Positions 13,284-25,955 of a stretch of DNA of 64,000 bases are shown one piece after another (positions within the stretch are counted from its first letter, which is position 1; each line of letters starts with the position of its first letter). The stretch is from contig NC_042998.1 of NCBI RefSeq assembly GCF_006345805.1, positions 34,224,001 to 34,288,000 of the forward strand, in the 5' to 3' direction. The notes beneath the pieces were generated by a model, which saw only the letters and a program-made list of their open reading frames with translations, was not told the origin of the DNA and did no database searches. Position numbers and translations under genes: made by a program. Source of the stretch: Octopus sinensis. Taxonomy: Eukaryota.

Positions 13284-14654
13284 AACAACAAAACAAGATG
13301 AGGACAAATATCTGTCATATGTAAATAATGTGTAGAAATCGTTGTTTTGATATTGTTGTTAAAATCTCCGTATTTTTCCACAATACATACCTGCTTTAAT
13401 GCAATTTCCGCACTTTGATATACAACAATACATTTAAAATTGGTGGGTGGTAGGTTGAGGGGGGAGGCTAAAATTTTGAAAATTTGTTTTTGCATTTTCA
13501 TAATCTCCAACATGTAAAACCTAGGGATCCGAATAAACCTTTCCAGCAAAATGCATTTTTCAAGTGAAGTGGGGGGTGGGTGAAAATCTGCATTATCCGT
13601 ACCAATCTTACAAAGAATAAGTCATGGGGTTGTTATGTCTGACTAAAATTCTTCAAGGCAGTACTCCAGTATGGCCACAGTCTAATGACTGAAACAAGTA
13701 AAAGATGCTTTAAGGAAACTATGTAAAATTCTATCCAGAATCTTGAATAACAAAAATGAAACTTCAGAGTTGTATTGCAATGGAAGAGCTTTGTAAAAAA
13801 AAAACACAAAAATCTCAAGATAATAATAATTGAACCAATTCAAATATCAGATTTATGAAAGCTTGAGTCATTATTTATAGTGATAAATGGTAAGAGCCAA
13901 CTGGAACCACACGTCTTCTACATCATGGAATGTCTCTAAGGAAATGGAAGAGTGAGGTGTATGAGTTGATTTGATAAGAAATTTTTAAAATGGTAATTAT
14001 GGAGGCAATGTCTGTGATTTATTATGAATTTTTTTTACATAAAAATGCAATTGTGCTGTGCAGGAATTATATATAAATGATTTACTTGGATTACATTGGA
14101 TTTCAATGGACCTAAAATGTCCCAAGTTGTGATAATTCTTTAAACATATTCTACATTAAATTTGGCTTTGAACTAAAAATGCTTATATGGCAAAACTAAG
14201 TATGTTTAAAATATGTGAAATTTATCCCAAATATTAGAATCTTGTTATAATAGTCTTTATTGTGCAACTATAAATAGTATTTTTATCAGATGACCTAAAT
14301 AACGATTATCTGATTTCTGTTCTTGAATACAATAACAGCCACCAAGGAAAAAATATTGGCTATTTTGAATGATTTTAATATGAATACTCAAGTGATTGAT
14401 GAGAATTGATCTGTCTGATTTCATGAATGTACTGAGATTGTTATTGTTGCCTCAAATTATTTTCTTATGGAATTTCACCAACTACCCTAAATCTTCGATT
14501 ATTTCTTTATAAAATCATTCACTATAAGGCATATTCTTGGAATGTAATATTTTTATATTTCTGACCAGCTAACACACTTTCTACTTCTAAAATGTCTAAA
14601 TGAAGAATCGGCTGGAACTGTAGATTGTTTTCCCTCTTTTACATTTGCACTTGA

Positions 14655-15165
14655 AAGCACATGGTCTAGTGGTTTGTGTATTCAGCTGATGACTGTAAGG
14701 ATGTGAGTTCAATTCCCAGTGATGCATCGTGTCCTTGAGCAAGACACTTTATTTCACATTGCTCCAGTTCACTCAACGAGCAAACACGAGTTGCATCTGT
14801 GTTTTGAAAGCAGAAACCTTGTCTCATTCTTTGCACAAGCGTATCTGGGGGAACAGTAGGGGCTGTCCAGCCTGGACAGCACTTTTAAAGGGATGGCCCT
14901 TTTCATCCTGTTGTAGGCTATTGCTGTAGGTAATATGTGTTTTTTGTGGGGTCCTGGAGGTGACAAATGGAAGGGCCACCCTGGGCAGCACACACTCTAG
15001 CTATGCAAGTGATTCTGTGTCGTGCTGATTCTCCTTGGGAACTACATTAAGAGTAACACATGTATCCTTAATGTACATGCTGAGCCCCTTGCATGTTAAT
15101 TTCATGAGCAGGCTGTTCTCTATTGGTCAAATCAACTGAAACACTTGTCATCATAACCGATGGAG
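14655..15165 (+). mobile_element. tRNA-derived CORE-like SINE (family D)
   Basis: TGGTCTAGTGG A-box, GAGTTCAATTCC B-box, GTGTCCTTGAGCAAGACACTTT core; relatives at 23725-24045 (-) and 63455-63710 (+). Confidence 0.7.
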
Positions 15166-16844
15166 CACCAGTCTACATTTGCATTTCGGTGCTAAAATTA
15201 ATGAGATGGGTTTTTCAAATTCAAAGTACTTTCAAGTGATGAACCAATTGTTTTTATCTCTGCACGTCCTTCCTCTTGTTTCTTTCAGAACCAAAATATA
15301 TGAATAGAATCTACTTTCAGCTGGTCAAGTTGAGTCAAGTATTATCATCTGTATTGTCCAAGAGAATATATTGTTGTGGCTGTAATAGTACAGTTTGGGC
15401 TTATAATTAAGCGGTCAATAGCCGACCACATTTATGCCGTAACCAACAGGCCAACAGGAAGGCCACTATAGGCACTTAACCTGCTTCAGTACCAACAAAT
15501 TCTTTAAAATTCATCATGTTGTTCTAAAAAAACAGAACACATTAAACAGTGTAGTTCTAGGTATACAAAATGATGGATGGGCATGGTTGGAGCACATATG
15601 ATTATAGCCATTGTATTTTAATAAATCTGAAATAATCTGAAATTTAAATACAAATTATAATAATAACATTACAAGAAAGTGAACAAATTCTAATAAAGTA
15701 AAATTTAATTATGAAAATTTTCAATATTGATTATAACATTTTTCTGGAGATCTCTCCATTAATAACATTTTTTTGAACAGAAAGTATGGTCTAATGAACA
15801 GGATAATAAGGCACCTCAATGTCTGTTGACTGGGAAGCCAGCAAAAATAATGCGAAAATAGTTATTAATTCAGGTGTCAATTAAATTGACCCAGTCTCAA
15901 AAATCAACTTCTTTGCAATGGTAATAACAGCACTAGCGTGTGCAAGTATGGGTATGCATATGTCTGTGTGCATGTGTATATACCTACACATATACACATG
16001 CACATGCATGCACACACACACTCACATATACCAAAGTAAACACATAAATGCAAAACATATAAAGATATATATATATATGCATATATATATATATATATGT
16101 GGAATGAAATATTTACATAACTGGCCAGTTTCGCTTGTGCTAATCATGACCAAGTTAGTGATAATGTTACAATTTCATGCTATCATAAGAGGTTTTCATT
16201 ATATATAAATACACACACACATGCACACATACACACGCACACACACACACACAACACAATTAAATTTATGTGTGTAATTGCATGGAAAGTGAATGTAAAA
16301 TGATGTCGATGATATTTGCATATAAATGTACATGCATACATACATATGTATAGACATAAGGAGAATGTACCACTAACTGGTACACTTTCCCTTTCTATCT
16401 CTTCATCGTTTTTCCTTTTTCTTTTTTCTTTCTTTTCTTTATTCCTATCTTCCTGTTTTTCTTCTTTTTTTATCTTTCTTTTTTTATATTATATTATTTT
16501 TTCTTCTTATTCTCTTCTCTTTTCTCTCTCTTCTCTTTCTTTATTCTTCTGTTCCTCTTTTCGATTTGACCTTACTAATACATTCCCTACTTTTAGGTCA
16601 CTTTAAATAAAACCCTTGATTCAATAACACTTTGTATAAACTCTATACTTGGAATAACCAATTTTAGATACTATTGGATTTTACTCATAAGGTACTGGAA
16701 TCTTATATGCATACCATTCTGCCTAAATAATGGATCAACAAAGACAATATCCCTGTATATCTCACATTTATTTTCATTCCTCCACCTCACTCTCTATTTC
16801 GTATCATATCTAAATTAACTATTGCTTAGCCATCTTCTCATACC

Positions 16845-16892
16845 GTCTCCGATGAAGGGATATAATAAATATCCTAGAAACAGCTGTAAGAC
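16845..16892 (+). ncRNA. Hammerhead motif (family 2), core CCGAUGA
   Basis: gucu-CCGAUGA-a-gggauau[aauaa]auauccu-a-GAAA-cagcug-UA-agac; stem III is the palindrome ACAGCUGU. Confidence 0.7.
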
Positions 16893-16961
16893 CTTCTATT
16901 TATAAATGTTCTAAAATCTACACACCTTTGGTTTGTTATCTCATTATGGAAAAAAAAAAGG

Positions 16962-17003
<42 letters not shown>

Positions 17004-17044
17004 CATATATATATGACAAGCTTCTTTCAGATTCCGTATATATA

Positions 17045-17091
<47 letters not shown>

Positions 17092-17157
17092 AGAAATTAA
17101 CAGAATGAGATAAAAATCCAAGGCTGTGAAAGATTTCAGAACATTTATACAGAGAAG

Positions 17158-17204
17158 GTCTTACCGCTGTTTCCAGGATATTTTATATATCCCTTCATCA
17201 GAAA
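17158..17204 (-). ncRNA. Hammerhead motif (family 2), canonical core CUGAUGA/GAAA, GUA site
   Basis: Reverse complement: uuu-CUGAUGA-agggaua[uauaaaa]uauccug-GAAA-cagcgg-UA-agac. Confidence 0.7.
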
Positions 17205-17484
17205 TGGTGCGAGAAAATGGTTAAGCAATAGCTATTCTAGAGAAGATATGAAATAGAGAGTGAGGTAAACCATTTATAAACTCTATGCTTGGAATGACCA
17301 ATTTTAAATACTATTGGAACTTATACACAAGGTACAGGAAACTTATATGTATACCATTCTGCTTAAATAATGGAACTGTACATACAATATCCTTGCATAT
17401 CTCACATCTGTTTTCATTCCTCCACTTCACTCTCTATTTCATATTTTCTCTAGAATAACTATTGCTTAACCATCTTCTCACACT

Positions 17485-17530
17485 GTCTTCGATGAAGGGA
17501 TATATGAAATATTCTGGAAACAGCTGTAAC
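17485..17530 (+). ncRNA. Hammerhead motif (family 2), decayed core UCGAUGA
   Basis: gucu-UCGAUGA-agggaua..uauucug-GAAA-cagcug-UA. Confidence 0.55.
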
Positions 17531-18002
17531 CTCTTTATAAATGTTCTAAAATCTTTCACAGCCTTGGATTTTTATCTCATTATGTTAATTTCTTATATAT
17601 ATATGCATGCTGGTATATGACCTACGTTGGATTCCTCATTTGCATAATCACCAAACCTGGAACTTAACTATAGTCTGTCCATGATGATGATGATGATGAT
17701 GGTGATACATATGTGTGTATGTGCATATGATGGGTTTTTGTAATACAGATCCATTCAACAAAATTCATTAGTAAAGCATTGACCAGATTAGCGTTATCAT
17801 AAAAGATATTTGCCCAAGGTACTTCATACATGGATTGAACCCGAAACCACATAGTTCTAAAGTGATTAGATTACCTGACACCTTTGGGTCTTCTTAACAC
17901 CATTACCTCTCATAACACACACACACACATATATATATGTACATCCACACACACATATATATATTTATGTATATATACACACATATATATATATATATAT
18001 AT

Positions 18003-19737
<1,735 letters not shown>

Positions 19738-19745
19738 ATATATGT

Positions 19746-19802
<57 letters not shown>

Positions 19803-20688
19803 CATGTATGTATGTATGTATATATGTATGACAAGCTTCTTTCAGATTCCATGTACTAAATCCACACTCAAGACTGGTCAGCCTGCAGCTGTAGTAGAAA
19901 ACTCTTGGTCAAGGTGATACATGGTGGAACTGAACCTGGAAACGTGTGGTTGGGAAGGACGCTTCTTACCACACAGCCACACCTGCACCTGTGCTAAACA
20001 TTAAAAACTCAAAATGCCAAAATTTATCTTGCAGGAAGTGATCCTCCTCTTTAGTCTTGGCCACATGTGATGGAATGGAAAGCAAGAACACAGCCATTAA
20101 CTTCCTTAATGAAATTGTTTAAAGCAGAAATCAACAAAAGAGAAGTACCGATAACACTTATTCCTGAATAAGCCGAGTAAAGAATTGCACGGCTATGAGG
20201 CAACAGAAGTGTTAAAACATTGTTGTGAGGTAAAAGGATTGAAAATAAACACTGTATCACATTACCTTCCAGTGATTTTGACTCGAAGAACAGATACAGA
20301 GAAGAGAAGGTACAAGAGAACAGCGTAAGAGAAGGCAAAATAGTGAAGAGGCTGCTATAAGTGTGTGAAAATTTTAGCAAACGAAAGTAAATTGATACCT
20401 CAAAAACTTTATAATGTATGATTAAAAGGAATCTAAAAATATAAAACTATAACTGTAGTTGATAAAACCATTCCACACTGTAAACCTTATTATAACGAAG
20501 AAATAGGTTAAAAACAAAGAATATCTACGTAACACGTTAATTTCGAGTGTGCTTTGATTCGAGGAATAACGTTTGGTGGAAAAGGAAAGTAGATAACTGA
20601 TAAATCATATCTCGGAATTAATCTTTGAAAAAGAAAGTGAAATTTTAAAAGCTGTGCATATGAAAAGTGTGTGATTTGTAAATTACAA

Positions 20689-20792
<104 letters not shown>

Positions 20793-20870
20793 TATATAAT
20801 AATATCCTACGCAAAATACTTTCTATGTAATCTCAAGTTTTAAAACAAACATAATTTTCGTATGGTTTTT

Positions 20871-21020
20871 TAGACATTCACTAGTACAACACTATGTACA
20901 AAACCAAATATATGGCACCCTAGGCATAACACCAACACGAACTTCCAACTTGTTGTCTCTTGAGGTCTCTGGGTGAGACTTGGAGTCAACTTGTACAAAT
21001 GTAAATCAAAAGTCAAACAT
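20871..21020 (+). mobile_element. Probable 3' UTR of an R4/Dong-like LINE ending in (TAA)n
   Basis: GAGGTCTCTGGGTGAGACTTGG segment directly followed by (AAT)n; assignment by resemblance and context only. Confidence 0.4.
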
Positions 21021-21021
21021 A

Positions 21022-21076
<55 letters not shown>

Positions 21077-21077
<1 letters not shown>

Positions 21078-21276
21078 TGATTAAACAAACATTCAGACAA
21101 ATGCATAACAAAAGCACCAGGACTAACATGTATATATAACATACAGAAAATTGCACTACTAGGCACTGCACACATCTTACGTAAAACACTTTCAATACAA
21201 CAAAAATAAGAGCACCACAACAAACCACAGCACATACCCAAGGCACACAGAGTTGCACTTGGTAGTGTAGTGTAAG
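21077..21276 (+). mobile_element. R4/Dong-like (RLE) LINE 3' fragment, ORF C-terminus ending at TAA 21207-21209
   Basis: Hand translation HSDKCITKAPGLTCIYNIQKIALLGTAHILRKTLSIQQK*; QKxxLLGTAHILRK is the characteristic R4/Dong/Rex6 terminus; sits in (TAA)n. Confidence 0.8.
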
Positions 21277-21560
21277 CATGTGTTGGGCCAGACGTGTCAT
21301 GAGGTTCATGGACAACAGGTGGATCCATGTGGTTGCTCAATGGTATCCAAAAGATTGGAAATAGCCACTTGGAAAGCCTCCAGAACAATGGGAAGAGAGT
21401 TTAGTTAAGCAATTTGGGTCCAGATGGAAAAGAACGGCACAATCAAAACAGAATTGGAAGCGTATTGTGACCAGTGATGTATGACAGCATCTGATGGTCT
21501 GGCAGATATTGCGATACTGGGATATATCTATATAAGCAGATGCTAAATGATGATGATGAT
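21277..21560 (+). mobile_element. Second RTE-clade LINE family, 3' fragment (ORF remnant 21284-21484) with (GAT)n tail
   Basis: Hand translation WARRVMRFMDNRWIHVVAQWYPKDWK*PLGKPPEQWEESL matches the RTE consensus WAGHVMRxxDxRW..WxP..KRxxGRPxxRW. Confidence 0.8.
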
Positions 21561-21639
21561 GGTGATGAGGATTAGGATGATGGCGATGATGATGATGACG
21601 ATGATGATGACGATGATGATGATGATGACGACGATGATG

Positions 21640-21671
<32 letters not shown>

Positions 21672-21880
21672 GATGACAATGACAATGATGATGATGACGA
21701 TAATGATGATGATGATGATGATGATGACGATGACGATGATGATGATGATGATGGTGACGATGACGATGACGATGATGATGATGATGATGCTGATGATGAT
21801 GACAATGACAATGATGATGATGACGATAATGATGATGATGATGATGATGATGACGATGATGATGATGATGATGGTGATAC
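21547..21880. repeat. Long interrupted (GAT)n tract with an internal 126-bp duplication
   Basis: GACAATGACAATGATGATGATGACGATAAT at 21675 and 21801. Confidence 0.9.
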
Positions 21881-22814
21881 ATATGTGTGTATGTGCATAT
21901 GATGGGTTTTTGTAATACAGATCCATTCAACAAAATTCATTAGTAAAGCATTGACCAGATTAGCGTTATCATAAAAGATATTTGCCCAAGGTACTTCATA
22001 CATGGACTGAACCCGAGACCACAGAGTTCTAAAGTGAACTTCTTAACCACATAGCCTGTGGGTTGTTTTCTTTTCTTTTCTATACTTTTTGTCTTTCTAT
22101 GAAGATTTTATAAGCACAGGCATGGCTGCATGGCAAGAAGCTTAACTCCCTATCACATGCTTCCAGGTACAGTCTCACTGTGTGGCCCCTTGGGCAAGTG
22201 TCTTCTACTATAGCCCTGGGCTGACCAAAACCTTGTGACTGGATTTGGTAGAAGGAAACAGAAGGACATATGCACATATGTGTGGCTCGTTGTGCTTGTG
22301 TTTATGTCCCCATAACTTAGCAGTTCAGCAAAAGAGATCAGTAGAATAAGGACCAGGTTTAAAAAGAGAAAACTGAAATTCAACTGGAATTCTTCATGGT
22401 AGTGCTCCAGCATGGCAGTAGTCTAATGACCGAAAGAAGTAAAAGAACAAAAGAAGAAAGATGTAGCCTTAAAATAGAAATCTGTTGTTAAAATAATAGG
22501 AAGAAGGAAATGGGAATAAGAGGAATCTGAGTGGCATCATTTCTCTACCATTCTCATCCTGTCTGAGAAATCCACGGTTCTCACAACTGATTCATACCAT
22601 TTGTTATTTAAAAGTTAACAGCAACTTCCATTTCTAATTTTGTTTTTGTTTTTTTGTTTTCAAGAATATAAGGAAAAGGCCACTTTGTCAGTTTCTGCAA
22701 GGTGATTTTTCTAGTAGCAGGTCACTTGATATTTTTAGCTAACGCAAAAGTATTTCTAATATACAGGGAGGTGCAAAAGTAGGTATACATTTATGAAAAA
22801 AAAAATAAAAAGGA

Positions 22815-23035
22815 AAACTCATACAATACTTTATGGAGATGTACTTGCATAGCAAGTGACCTGATCTGAGATCATGTGCTGAAACAAAAACAACAGCAGC
22901 GTGGAAGGTGTTTATAAGCCATTTAAAAACATACAAAAACTGTTAGATTCACTTCAACATTTAAATTTAATTTGTCAAAATATTTTCATCACTTTGAGAC
23001 TACAACCTGTTCACTGACAAAATTCTGTGCTGCAT
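22815..23035 (-). mobile_element. Short repeat family with hammerhead-like fold (G3-C8 variant); copies also at 23500-23650 and 50079-50375
   Basis: Shared GTGGAAGGTGTTTATAAGCC...TTCACTGACAAAATT; the 50 kb copy forms a PLE-like inverted repeat. Confidence 0.75.
22971..23021 (-). ncRNA. Hammerhead-like motif with G3/C8 core (GUGAACA)
   Basis: Reverse complement: uuuguca-GUGAACA-g-guugu[agucucaaa]gugau-GAAA-auau-UU-ugacaaa; 7-bp stem I, palindromic stem III. Confidence 0.6.
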
Positions 23036-23591
23036 ATATATGTATATCATCATCATCATCATCATCATCATTTAACGTCCGCTTTCCATGCTGACATGGG
23101 TTGGATGGTTTGACTGAGGACTGGCGAGCCAGATGGCTGCACCAGGTTCCAATCTGAACTGGCAGAGTTTCTACAGCTGGATGCCCTTCCTAATGCCAAC
23201 CACTCTGAGAGTGTAGTGGGTGCTTTTATGTGCCATTGGCACAAGGACCAGGCAGGTGATACTGGCAACAGCCACGCTCAAATGGTGTTTTTTACATGCC
23301 ACCTGCACAAGAGCTAGTCAGCTGCCCTGGCAATGATCACGCTCGGATGGTGCTATATATATATATATATCATCATCATCATCATCATCATATATATATA
23401 TATATATATAGCACCATCCGAGTGTGATCATTGCCAGGGCAGCTGATGGTGACAAAGATGTGTTGGAACATGCCCTCAAGGGACATTGTGCAGATGGCAT
23501 ACATAATTACAAAAACAATTGCAGCGTGGAAGGTGTTTAAAAACCATTTAAAAACACGCAAAAACAGATTCACTTCAACATTTAAATTTAA

Positions 23592-23642
23592 TTTGTCAAA
23601 ATATTTTTGTCGCTTTGGGACCGTGATCTGTTCACTGACAAA
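23592..23642 (-). ncRNA. Hammerhead-like motif G3/C8, second copy (G12A)
   Basis: Reverse complement: uuuguca-GUGAACA-g-aucac[ggucccaaa]gcgac-AAAA-auau-UU-ugacaaa. Confidence 0.5.
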
Positions 23643-23724
23643 ATTCCATGCTACATACAATACTTATTTATTTTTATCAAAAAAATTAAAAGTTATGATA
23701 AAAGTATTATCATAGTTATGATAA

Positions 23725-24045
23725 AGGGTAAAGACCCCCTTCGGTCATGAATGACCATGGGATTGCACCTAGAAAGTTACCCTCCTAGACACAAGTCTGG
23801 GCAAGGTTGTTTATGGAAGACCAGCAGTCGCCCATGCATACCAGCCTCCCCTCTCCACGCCACCAGTGTTATCCAAGGGAAAGACAAAGGTCGATACAGC
23901 TTGGCACCTGTGACGTCGCAACTCATTTCTACAGCTGAGTGAACTGGAGCAACGTGAAATAAAGTGCCTTGCTCAAGAACACAACACGCAGCCCGGTCCG
24001 GGATTCGAGCTCACAACCTCACGATCATAAGCCCGACGCGATAAA
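23725..24045 (-). mobile_element. tRNA-derived CORE-like SINE (family D), well preserved
   Basis: Reverse complement has GAGCTCGAATCCC B-box-like motif then GTGTTCTTGAGCAAGGCACTTTATTTCACGTTGCTCCAGTTCACTCAGCTG. Confidence 0.75.
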
Positions 24046-24046
24046 T

Positions 24047-24083
<37 letters not shown>

Positions 24084-25604
24084 GAAAATATCAAAAACGA
24101 GGCTAATTAAAATTTTTTTTTATAAAATGAATATTATATGCTTTTTTTTTTTGTCATAACTGTACACTTTTGCAGCCGACTGTATTTTTGTTGCCATTGA
24201 CAACAAATAAGCTATGAAATTTAAATTACACTGAGAAAATGGGTTAATTATGATTGTTAATGATTTTTCTTTTATATTCCATTCTTTATCTTTAGTCTTT
24301 TACTTGTTCAAGTCAATAGACTGCGGTCATGCTTTGAAGAATTTTGAATTGAATAAATCAATCCTAGCACACATTTCTTGAAGCCTGGTACTTATTCTAT
24401 TGGTTTTTTTTTGTTGCCAAACTGCTAAGTTACAGGGATGTAAACATACCAACACCGGTTGTCAAGCAGTGATGGGGGACAAACACAGACACAAAGACAC
24501 AGACATACATTCACAATAGGCTTCTTTCAGTTTTCATCTACCAAATCTACTCACAAGGCTTTGGTCAGCCTGAGGCTAAAGTAGAAGACACTTGCCCAAG
24601 GTTCCATGCAGTGGAACTGAACCCAGAACTATGTGGTTAGGAAGCAAACTTCTTACCACACAGCCACACCTGCACCTATCTATGACAGTCGATGGTTTTT
24701 GATTTTTGGGGTGGTGAGTTGTTGCTTTCTCTTGTGTTTATCTTTTGGCTAGTCTCAGTTAGCATATGCCTATGACCAAGGGTATTCCAGCCATGACCAT
24801 CTTCTCTGTTATTTAGACATAGTGTATCTTAGATTCCATTATCTGATGAGTCGTATCTTTGTGAAGATGGTAAGCATTTCTGCAAGGGAAGTAACTCTGA
24901 GTGAGTGGTTGTGATACCACTGATGTTTCATTGCTACCATGACAACCAACGTTGTTTCTTCTGTACGTATGAGTTTGAAAGCCAAATAAATAGAGAAGAG
25001 TTACAACCTGATGAAATCTCCAAATTGCACAAGTCTCCAATATACAAGTGATTAAAAATTATCAGCAGAAGGGCATGACCTGGATGCAGCCTAGGGTCAT
25101 GACCTGGATGCAGCTTGCCCCCCCCCCCCAATGAATGTAAGAAGTTAAGGGCTGAAACACTTGCCTGAGTGGGGTTTCTTCTCTGAAGACCTTCTGCTGT
25201 TCGGCTCTTCTGAGATTTTTTTTTACCACTGATTTGAGGACAATTTGGCTGCTATTTCTATCAGGTTGTATGACTACTTAGATCTTTCACTGGTTCTTCT
25301 TGATAGATGCGGGTTCAACAAATGTAGGATCTTCTACATGGTAGACATAGTAACCAAATCTTCCTTCAATTACACACTGACATCTTGAATAAGAAACGGT
25401 CACATTGGATAACATAATTTTCGATACACAATGATTGAGAGGAAGACAAGTTGGCTACAACAGGAATTCCTTTGATCTTCAGTCTGCTCAGACAAGCCTG
25501 ACCTTAGCTAAACAATGACTCACTAACTACAACTTCAAAACAATGATTTCTTAGAAAATTACTATTTTTAAATCTCACAATGAGAGATATTCAGCAACAG
25601 TACT

Positions 25605-25955
25605 TTGTAATAAAGATTGTTTGCCAACATAACATGGCAGTCCTGTTTTAGGACGAATGTTGCTGTAATTTAGCCCCAGGAGACATCGTCTCCAGCTGGC
25701 TATATGACACAATCTGTGTCCTTATATTTTCGAACAAGGGAATCTAGCACCCCAACTCAGTCAAACCCAGAAATCACAATACACAGATATTGTTTTGAGC
25801 TGAGTGGGGGCGCTAGATTCCCTTGTTCAAAAATATAAGGACACAGATCGTGTTGTATAGCCAGCTGGAGACGATGTCTCCTGGGGCTAAATTACAGCAA
25901 CATTCGTCCTAAACCAGGACTGCCATGTTATGTTGGCAAACAATCTTTACTACAA
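25605..25955. mobile_element. 351-bp palindromic element (arms ~155 bp, spacer ~40 bp); foldback MITE or inverted PLE-type repeat
   Basis: 25605-25760 is the near-perfect reverse complement of 25800-25955; no convincing TSD seen. Confidence 0.85.

Larger units (their letters stand above)
12872..13330. mobile_element. tRNA-headed hammerhead element: inverted partial copy + tRNA-like head (13097-13168) + linker + hammerhead + tail
   Basis: A-box TGGCATAGTGG (13103), B-box-like GAGTTTGATTCC (13146-13157), hammerheads at 12987-13030 (-) and 13238-13283 (+). Confidence 0.75.
16630..17600. mobile_element. Non-autonomous Penelope-like repeat cluster (+ copy 16630-16960, - partial 17089-17265, + copy 17275-17600), each with a hammerhead
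   Basis: Two direct ~330-bp copies plus a head-to-head inverted 3' part, ending at (TA)n; typical PLE pseudo-LTR arrangement. Confidence 0.7.

Noticed and set aside
21337-22003. Long poly-His / poly-Met / poly-Ile / poly-Ser ORFs (also 4148-4516, 5916-6743, 19501-19917, 48771-48977)
   Set aside because: Translations of (GAT)n, (TTA)n, (TA)n and (CA)n microsatellites; no coding signal
24817-24872. Possible exon (AG|...GATG|GTAAGC) and CTGATGAGTC hammerhead start
   Set aside because: Lies within a degraded copy of the old repeat tail seen at 28.2, 40.2 and 63.1 kb; no stem II/GAAA follows
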